The position numbers and the translations under genes are program-made. DNA of 51,898 nucleotides, the filler included, from Dimargaris cristalligena (lineage: Eukaryota), in assembly GCA_003614675.1 (NCBI GenBank). It is 3 parts of 3 records of this genome, joined end to end, with 100 filler letters (N's around TTAATTAATTAA, not from the genome) between each part and the next. Parts side by side here need not be neighbours in the genome. Positions count along the whole stretch, not along the records: positions 34,667 to 51,898 come from ML002815.1; 2 more parts are not named here. One strand, 5' to 3'. The notes below the pieces were generated by a model. The model saw nothing but the letters and a program-made list of their open reading frames with translations. It searched no databases and was not told the origin of the DNA. Position 1 is the stretch's first letter. Every line of letters starts with the position of its first letter. Shown piece after piece: positions 44,229 to 51,898 of this stretch.

Positions 44229-45347
44229 ATGGTTAACATTGCTATTGTCGGTCCCGGTCTGGTTGGTAAGGAGCTGCTTCAGCAGCTTATCGCCCACCAG
44301 GCTTCCCCGCGGGCCCAGGTCCAGCCCCTGGCCGTGGTCGGCATCATCAACTCCAAGAACATGCTGTTGGGCGGGAAGTCCCCGTCGTCGGCCCCCGCCC
44401 CCTTGGGCTCGTTGGCGACCTGGTCCCAACAGTTGCCAACCGCCGAAACCGCCAACCTCGACCAGTTCATCGACCGGTTAGCTACGGCCGGCGCCGAACC
44501 TACGGTGGTGGTGGACTGTACGTCCAACCTGGCTGTGGCCGAGCAGTACCCCGCCTGGTTGAAGCGCGGCTTGCACATTGTCACCCCCAACAAGAAGGGC
44601 TACTCCAGCCAATGGTCCCTCTTCGAAGCCATCCGCAGCAACAGCCGGCCCCAGCTCCCCGCTCCCGCGCCATGGGCATTCCACGAGGCTACCGTCGGGG
44701 CCGGCCTACCCGTGCTGAGCACCCTCAGCGACTTGGTCAAAACCGGCGATGAAATCGTCAAGGTGGAGGGTATCTTCAGCGGCACCCTATCCTACCTCTT
44801 CAACAATTACTCGGCCCCCGGACCGGCGTCCGCTAAGCCCCAGCAGGCCTTCTCGGATATCGTGTCGGTGGCCAAATCCCTGGGTTACACTGAACCTGAT
44901 CCCCGCGACGACCTGAACGGCATGGATGTGGCCCGTAAAGTGGTGATCCTCGCCCGGGTGGCCGGTTTGAAGCTATCCATTGAGGATCTGGACGTTGAGA
45001 ATATCGTCCCCGAAGCCCTGCGTGGAGTGGCCTCAGCTGATGAATTCATGGCCCAGTTGCCCCAATATGACGATCATTTCGCCGCCCTGAACCAGCAGGC
45101 CGCCCAGGAGGGAACCGTGCTGCGCTACGTGGGGGTCGTTGATCCTAAAGGAAAGAGCTCGGTGAAATTGATGAAGTACCCCGTGGACCATCCCTTCGCC
45201 GGTCTCAAGGGCAGCGATAACATCATTGCCTTTACCACCAAGTATTTCCCCAGCCCCTTGATCGTGCAGGGCGCTGGCGCGGGGGCCGCTGTCACCGCCT
45301 TTGGCATCTTTGCCGATATTCTCAAGGTGGCGGAACGTGTCGCCTAG
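44229..45347 (+). CDS. HOM6: Homoserine dehydrogenase
   Basis: Rossmann GPGLVG, VVVDCTS, HIVTPNKK, HEATVGAGLP, GIFSGTLSYLFN, GYTEPDPRDDLNGMDVARK, QGAGAGAAVTAFG. Confidence 0.96.
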   Translation: MVNIAIVGPGLVGKELLQQLIAHQASPRAQVQPLAVVGIINSKNMLLGGKSPSSAPAPLGSLATWSQQLPTAETANLDQFIDRLATAGAEPTVVVDCTSNLAVAEQYPAWLKRGLHIVTPNKKGYSSQWSLFEAIRSNSRPQLPAPAPWAFHEATVGAGLPVLSTLSDLVKTGDEIVKVEGIFSGTLSYLFNNYSAPGPASAKPQQAFSDIVSVAKSLGYTEPDPRDDLNGMDVARKVVILARVAGLKLSIEDLDVENIVPEALRGVASADEFMAQLPQYDDHFAALNQQAAQEGTVLRYVGVVDPKGKSSVKLMKYPVDHPFAGLKGSDNIIAFTTKYFPSPLIVQGAGAGAAVTAFGIFADILKVAERVA

Positions 45348-45692
45348 ACGAAAAAAAATAATCAATGGGTTGATCCTTCTTCCCCCTCTACTCTGACCAT
45401 TGGTAGTTTAGTTATTCTATTTTTGGTAAGGGAATGGGGGTGTTTATTAAAATCGTATCCCTATCAATTAAATGGATTACCGCAATATCAGACATTTCTA
45501 TAGGCCACTACTAGCCTCCATAAAACAGTAGTTCAATAAATATCCCCAATCACTATTCTTCAATGCCATATTCCAATGAGTTGCGCAATATAGATAAATG
45601 AATCTTAAATGACACCGGGTCGATTTTTTTATATAAAAAAATCACGGTGAATAGGGTGGCGTGCAACCTGCCCCTAAATTTATGTTTATTTA

Positions 45693-47543
45693 TTATTTCT
45701 GCTTGCGCATATTCGAACGCTGCTTGGCCAATTTGTACCGGTACTCAAAGGGTAAAATGGGCGGACGGAGGCCACAGCCTAGACCACCGGCCGAGAAAAG
45801 ATGAACCACCGCCCGATCGAAGCGACCGGCAATAGCGAGCCAACCTAAGCCCGCGAAGTACACGTCGGTGCAGGCCATGGTCGAATGGTCATTGCTGAGG
45901 GTATGGCTGCTGATGAATCGCATAGTGGGGAAAATAGCGGCCCGACTCTTATCCATGACGGGGGGCTGCAGCACGGTGGATTCGCCCTGGGCCATGGCCT
46001 CGATCATAGCCTTGGCCTTGGTGATTTGGGTGATATGTACCGGCACATTACTAAACACGGTAAAGAATAAGCGTTCGGGGCATTCCAACACATCTACGCG
46101 TCCCATACCACCTAAACAGATGGATTGGCCCGGTTTCACCGCGTAGGTGAGGGGCTTCAAGTGGCAGGGGGGCCAGGTGGCTTTCAATTCCGGGTAGGTG
46201 AGGTACTTGACCAGGGACTGGTTGTTGAAAATACCCGGGGTGTCGAAGAGGGTCCCCGCGTCGGCTATTTTGGGGTCAACGAGGACCTTCTTGAACCGCT
46301 CGAGGGGAATCTTGAGCATCTCACTCGTGGTGCCCGGTACAGGGAAAGCGGTGACTTTGTGGGGTGATCCACCGTAGCTGATCCGCAGCATGGCGTTGAC
46401 GAGTTCGGATTTACCCACATTGGCCCGACCCACCATGTAAATATCGCAGTGGCGGTGTTTAAAAGTACGGCGCAGACGGACTAGATCGGCACATAGTTCA
46501 CGGACTCCGTGTACTTTGCGCGCACTGACCAAATGGAGACCGATAATATTAAAGATACCCGAGTCCTTCATGAGCCGCTGAACATAGGTGGCTAGGCGGG
46601 GCAGGTGCACATCTTTGGGCAGAAGGTCCAGTTTGTTGGCCACGAGAATTACGGAATGCTGTTTGCCGATATAGTTGGCGAGCCCTTTCAGCAGACTGCC
46701 GGGGAGGTCGAAGAGATCAAACACATGCAGAACCAGGGCGGGGTTTTTGGTCTGCAAAAAACTGAGAACGTTGGGATCGGTGGTTACCTCGCTGTGCCAG
46801 TGGGGGGACACCCGGTTGTAGTGGACCAGGTCGTGGCATCGTTTGCAAATGATGCGCCGGGCGGAGGTTGGGGGAGCGGTAATGAGAGGTTCCGGGACCT
46901 CGCTTTCAGTGGGCTCGGTAGCGAAGGCGGTCGTGGAAGAAGAAGACAGGTCAGACGTAGAGGCCGTGGGGGTAGTATTGGCTGGCTTTTCAGGTGGGAC
47001 ACCGAAGTGCTGCCTTAATTCGGGTTCTAATTGTTCGACGCGATTCTGATATTCCCGGTCACTCAACATCTTTGAGCCCGGTTCACCAAACCGCTTCTGG
47101 AGGTACCTATCGGGGGGCATTTCGTGTTCGCCCTTAATATTGGGCAAGAATCCGGGTAGTTTCGAATCGCCCTGGTGGAAACCCGCTCCGCAACCGGGGC
47201 AGTGGGAGGTCTCGGGGAAAATATACTGAGGTCCATCGGCTTCGTCATCAACGGGGGTTTCCTCCAGCTCTTGGTCGGGCTGGTGGTTTTCTAGTTCCGG
47301 CGATATTGACGGTTCGCACTGGCCGGAGGCGACTTGGGTAGTTGGGGCAGGAGAGGCGGTTACATTGTTGTGGTTCATATCCGAGTAGGATCGGCAAAGG
47401 AGCGAGCAGCGATCCCTGAGATTAGAACTAGCGGCGGCATATGTGGGTTGAATGGCTAGTATTGGCCGCGTAAAAATGGGCAATTGGCTAGTCCGGGCTA
47501 GAGGACAGCGGATGCAGCCGCTCAGGCGTGAAATGAGACGCAT
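45693..47543 (-). CDS. GEP3: Mitochondrial circularly permuted GTPase Gep3/Mtg3 (YqeH/NOA1 family)
   Basis: Presequence and CPGCG / CKRC zinc knuckles. G motifs occur in permuted order: G4 NKLD, G5 SAR, G1 GRANVGKS, G2 PGTT, G3 DTPG. C-terminal 'GGMGRVD...GLGW'. Confidence 0.9.
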   Translation of the reverse strand: MRLISRLSGCIRCPLARTSQLPIFTRPILAIQPTYAAASSNLRDRCSLLCRSYSDMNHNNVTASPAPTTQVASGQCEPSISPELENHQPDQELEETPVDDEADGPQYIFPETSHCPGCGAGFHQGDSKLPGFLPNIKGEHEMPPDRYLQKRFGEPGSKMLSDREYQNRVEQLEPELRQHFGVPPEKPANTTPTASTSDLSSSSTTAFATEPTESEVPEPLITAPPTSARRIICKRCHDLVHYNRVSPHWHSEVTTDPNVLSFLQTKNPALVLHVFDLFDLPGSLLKGLANYIGKQHSVILVANKLDLLPKDVHLPRLATYVQRLMKDSGIFNIIGLHLVSARKVHGVRELCADLVRLRRTFKHRHCDIYMVGRANVGKSELVNAMLRISYGGSPHKVTAFPVPGTTSEMLKIPLERFKKVLVDPKIADAGTLFDTPGIFNNQSLVKYLTYPELKATWPPCHLKPLTYAVKPGQSICLGGMGRVDVLECPERLFFTVFSNVPVHITQITKAKAMIEAMAQGESTVLQPPVMDKSRAAIFPTMRFISSHTLSNDHSTMACTDVYFAGLGWLAIAGRFDRAVVHLFSAGGLGCGLRPPILPFEYRYKLAKQRSNMRKQK

Positions 47544-47875
47544 GGGTGAGTATAGGGGGGCACTTTGCGTTTGTCAATGAGCTAGACTGCCAATTTGACT
47601 ACAGGAACCGTCCGGTACTAAGTAGCGAGCCGATAATGCCGGTAAGTAAAATAAAGGAATATGCAGTTGCAAATGGCAATGAGTAAATAGAGTATGTCAG
47701 TTGGGTCTGGTTGATTCCCAACTGCCTCGAGATTAGTTCAATTTAGGGGGCCATTTTTCGTTTTGTGTGGGGATAATTTGTGATTCGCTCCAGAGAATCT
47801 ATAATACTGCCTCGGCTGAACAGGCGAATTTCGCAATAGTCGGTGGTCCCGCAGTAAAACCCAAATTGCGTCTAA

Positions 47876-47885
47876 GTCACGTGAC
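47876..47885. promoter_or_regulatory. Palindromic E-box GTCACGTGAC upstream of GEP3
   Basis: About 330 bp upstream of the GEP3 ATG. The 13-bp context AAGTCACGTGACA is identical to the site upstream of SDA1. Confidence 0.55.
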
Positions 47886-48266
47886 AGTATAAAAAAATGA
47901 AATTACGGGGCCATTAGTATCTGACCAAACGGCTGAGTAATTCCCCTTAGATACTAAAGACGGACAACCAACGATCAAATCATTATATACCACCCATCAC
48001 AAAAAATACTCGGGGGTTTTATTAATATCGACCCCTGCAATGTCAATAAAAAGCATGATTATAAAATAGGTTCGAGATGGTAAGGAGGACATATAGTTTT
48101 TGAATGTAATGGCGGGAAAGACATCGAAGCGCCTAGAAAAGCACCCACAGGCCACACAGCTTGCGTTGCACTTATGAGTATCACCCGGCTAAGAACGAAT
48201 CGGGCAATGTATTGGAGGGAGACTAGAGGCTTCAGCAAACTCTGGATTAAATGATCAACCGCCAGT

Positions 48267-51253
48267 CTAATGGCCCTTGCGCTTCTGGCGTTCAATATGG
48301 GCCCGCAGTTGTTTCTGCTTATCACGCAGCGACATCCGGCCCTTCTGTACGACAGACCGTTTGTGGACCACCATTGTAAACGCCTTCTTGCGGGACTTCT
48401 GCTTATTGGTGGAACTCGCGTTCTCGTTCTGACGGCCCTTTTTGGACCCGAATTTGGGCCGATCCTCCCGGCCCGCTTTAATTGATGCCATACGGTCCTC
48501 GTAGTTGGCCTTGCGACGCTTACGGTATTCACCGATAACCTCCCCTTCATCCACCACTCGTTCGAAGTCAATGGGCTCGGACTTGCCGGCGGGAGCCGGG
48601 TTGTCCAGCTCTTTCTCAAGTGCCGCGGCCGATCGCTTCTTGGATCGGGTGCTGCCTTCTTTGGTCTTGGGTCCCGAAACGGTTTCGCGGGCCTTATTTT
48701 GAAGCTTCATTTCGTTGATGCGGGCAAAGTCCTGTGGGGTCAAGAACTATAAACGCGTAAGAAAAAATATATGTAATAGCAAGGAAGGGGGGGGAGGTCG
48801 AAGTTAGTTAATCGAGTAACCGGTCCGGTAGTAGTAGGTTACCCAAACATATACAGGATGCGATTGGTATTACACCCATGTTTAAGGACCGGCCAATAAG
48901 CCATACAGTCACGATTAAACTCCAGAAGACTTTGAGCACTTACCTTAGTAAGTTCAACTCGTTTAGCGGGAGCCAGTTCGTCAATTTCGACTTCAGCCTC
49001 GGCCTCATCCTCTTCATCTTCGTCGTCTTCACTCTCATCATCATCTTCATCGCCGTCTTCCCCTTCATCATCCGATGCGTCCGATTCTCCTTCTTCAACC
49101 TCAACTTGGTCACTCGAACCCAATTCCCCATTATTTTCATCGTCCGAAATTACCGCCTCTTCAGTATCCGACTGCGGCATGGTAATCCATTCGCCGCCAT
49201 CACTATCGTCGTCATCAGACGCGAATTCCCAGGCGCTGGAATTATCGTCATCCTCACCGGGAGTACTACCTGCCCCCTTCTTGCCCGACAACATATCGGT
49301 ACCATCCACGTTTTGGTGCACATGCACCTCACCGAATTGCGGCACGTGCTGCTGGTGGGCACTGATCTTCATGGTGGCGTTCTTACCGCGGTCCCGGCGT
49401 TGCAACAGCTCGGGGTTGACTTCCCGGAAGAGGGTAATGAGGGACCGGGCGGCCATGGACACTCCCTTATCCCGGTGGATTTTGAACTGGACCAGATCGT
49501 GCAGGAGGTCCTGGCCCATGGCCAAGGGGCACCGCGCGCACACCATCCGGATACTATTGATGCCGGCGGCCATGACTTCGGGCGAGCAATTGTCGGTCAC
49601 AAAGCGGTTGGCGATGGTCATGAGCACGGGTTCAATGGCCTCCGGGGGGACGAGGGGGTGGCAGGCCTGGGCCAAGAGGGCCAGGACTTGGGTGACGTTG
49701 ACCTGGTGGGGCTGGACGTACTTGAGGAGAAAGGGGTAGAAGGCCAAGACGTGAAGCTGATGGGTACCGATCAGACGGCCAATCAGCTTCATGATCATGA
49801 GGCGCACTTCAAACCGTTCAATGGTGGAATGCTTGGCACCACTCCCCCGGTTGAGACGAGTGTAGAGTTTATCGGCGAAACCCTGGGGATCGTGGATCAG
49901 GTGGATGGCCGAGAAGTTGAAAGATTCGGCCTTCTGACCCTTGTTTTGGTTCTGGTAAAGTATCGGGGAAGGTTTTGGTAGATACAAATATATATATATA
50001 GGGCTTTATGATTAGGATAAGCAATCAAAGTGAGTGAACCAAATATATAATAAGCCCGTCGGATTTACCGGAAGTCTAACCCAAAAATTATCGGCTGGGT
50101 ACATCAAGTAACTTACTTTACGAAGCGTAGCGAGCGCCTTCTCGTACTGCCGCGACTTAGCCTTCGTTTTTTTGTTCACATGGGCGTTATGCTGGAACTT
50201 ACGTAGATCCGGGGCCTCAGCGCCCTGGTCGTCATCAGCTGTTTCCTCCTCCCCATCGGTGCCCAGGAAGAATTTCACCGCCGTGGCGACCAATTTGGCG
50301 TTGGGCGAAAAACAGGCCCCGGCGATAATGTTGGCCGTTTTGGCATCGTTCCAAATCTGCTTCCGGTACAGTTCGATACACACATCGAGACTGCGTTTGG
50401 CGGCAATCGCGTTATCACCCCCGCTGCCCACTTTGTTGTAGACGGAATGGGTGGCTCCACCGCTGCCGCCTCCACCAGTCGTCGACCCACCGGTAGAGGG
50501 ATTATCACTAGCGGATGTATTTTCGATATTGGCGATCATGTTGTACATGAAATTTTGCATGTCTTTGTTGAGGCGGTTGTTTTTCGATTTCATGTTGGCG
50601 GTACGAATATCCGACACAATGTGGGTGTACAGTTGCTCGCGAAGCACCTTGTCATGGCAACGGAAGAGGGTGAAGAATAGGGATAGCGTCCTGGGAGCAC
50701 ACAACATTAAGAGGAGAGTAAATTATAAAGGCGTTAGAAATAAGTGCGAGATATTATAGATGGTTAGAGGTTAAATATATGTTACTAATGGTTGTGAAAT
50801 AAGTCTCCGGGGGAAGTCCGTAAATAACCCCCCTAACCTCTAAAAGAACCATGCTGGAATAGAGCACACCGTTTTGAATTCAAGATAAATATGTACTTAC
50901 TTGCTACTGGGAATAAACCCCTTATTCCGCAAAAGAATCAGACACTGCACTAGCGTACGACGCAGTTCAAAGTGTAAAATACTATAGTGGGTTTGCAGGA
51001 TATCGATAATCTGGTCGGGGAACGTGCTGCACTCGGCCCGGTAGCAACTACAGACCTGGGCCAAAAACATCACCAACTCGCCCACGTTTTTGCCCTCGTC
51101 CTCCGGCTTCAGCCGCAATAGCACGAGCGACGACTCGAAATGTTTCCATTGCTGCAGAAACTCCTCTTTATAGGACAGGGGATCGCGCTTGATTAGGTTC
51201 TGCAATTGGGGTAGGTTGTTGGGCAGGAGGGCCGCCCGCTGTCTTCGCACCAT
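48267..51253 (-). CDS. SDA1: 60S ribosome biogenesis protein Sda1, 804 aa; exons 51253-50901, 50690-50117, 49951-48944, 48746-48267
   Basis: Reads '[21 protein letters not shown]', '[17 protein letters not shown]', '[16 protein letters not shown]', '[24 protein letters not shown]', 'LTPQDF' and '[14 protein letters not shown]'. Introns keep frame. Confidence 0.96.
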
Positions 51254-51569
51254 GATTCGACGAAGCGGAGGGGTTATGAGAAGGTGGTTGTGGGTGAAGA
51301 GAAATAAAGTAGCTGGTAAGGCGGGGGGAACAGGTAACCTATGTTAGGCTAAATGAGTGCAATTTTAAAGTTGACCGAGTCGAAAGGCAGGACGGGTAGT
51401 AAAATGGCCTCGGCGAAGGTTTGGCTAGGCTAGCAAATCGTTTTGCCAATTTGCAATAGGAACATAAAATCGCTGGCCTATTAGTTAATTAGGCACCCTC
51501 AATCCCTAGAAATCGCCCCCTCGAGAAAAAAAGAATTCAAGTAATAATTGAAATAGTAATACTAATCAA

Positions 51570-51579
51570 GTCACGTGAC
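51570..51579. promoter_or_regulatory. Palindromic E-box GTCACGTGAC upstream of SDA1
   Basis: About 320 bp upstream of the SDA1 ATG, in the same 13-mer as at 47874. Confidence 0.55.
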
Positions 51580-51606
51580 AATTCCCCTAACCACAAAAAA
51601 GAAAGT

Positions 51607-51678
51607 CTCCGAAACGGGGAATTGAACCCCGACCGTCACGGTGAGAGCGTGAAATCCTGACCATTGGACCATTTCGGA
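51607..51678 (-). tRNA. tRNA-Glu(CTC)
   Basis: The minus strand TCCGAAATGGTCCAATGGTCAGGATTTCACGCT-CTC-ACCGTGACGGTCGGGGTTCAATTCCCCGTTTCGGAG forms a full cloverleaf with A and B boxes. T6 terminator at 51595-51600. Confidence 0.96.
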
Positions 51679-51862
51679 CTGTCCAGTGTGTTGTGCAATA
51701 GCAGGAGAATAGTGAAAAGGAAAGTTTAAACAGTAATAAACGTCTGGTAAAAATCGGCAAAAGAATCGGCTATCTCAAAGGCAAGAAACAGGGTATCAAA
51801 AGTCTGGTTTATTAATGATGGGCGATTACCCCTTATTTATATATTGGGAAATAAATCAAGGG

Positions 51863-51898
51863 TCTAGGTTATTCAGGGGCGACGGAAAGTAGTAGCTG
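51863..51898 (+). repeat. Fragment of the same dispersed repeat that starts contig 1
   Basis: TCTAGGTTATTCAGGGGCGACGGAAAGTAGTAGCTG versus bases 1-36, TCTAGGGTATTCAGTGGTGGCGGAAAGCAGTAGTTG: 30/36 identical and ungapped. Confidence 0.7.

Noticed and set aside
48878-49981. 367-aa plus-strand ORF, and similar overlapping ORFs at 21613-22419, 21336-22184, 35553-36233, 35827-36468 and 37411-38049
   Set aside because: Antisense or alternate-frame shadows of well-supported genes, with no independent motifs.

Overview
Eukaryotic (fungal) genomic DNA with spliceosomal GT-AG introns. The gene set and style suggest an early-diverging fungus, possibly Zoopagomycota/Kickxellomycotina; that placement is inference only. 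The window is not one locus: it is three near-equal-length contigs (1-17234, 17335-34566, 34667-51898) joined by artificial N44-TTAATTAATTAA-N44 linkers. Contig 1 carries CpG-erased repeats, a 136-bp MITE family, an Flc/Pkd2-type TRP-like channel gene, an orphan Zn-ribbon/PH-domain protein and a mutated tRNA-Gln(CTG). Contig 2 carries a CpG-erased Tc1 relic, an NUDT15-like Nudix hydrolase, an 11-exon PIG3-like quinone oxidoreductase, an AA11-type LPMO and the most striking gene. That gene (minus strand, 20428-22958) encodes a 753-aa protein fusing a catalytically degenerate NUDT2/Ap4A-hydrolase-like Nudix domain (its first exon is missed by the ORF track), two YRPPHQR motifs, two TTP-type CCCH zinc fingers, a Q/H/Y-rich low-complexity region and a C-terminal eIF5-like W2 domain. 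It looks like a single-chain mRNA translation/decay regulator. Contig 3 carries a secreted six-repeat poly-Asp/amphipathic-helix protein, VPS2, ZIM17, HOM6, GEP3, SDA1 and tRNA-Glu(CTC). All assignments come from reading motifs by eye; no database search was run.
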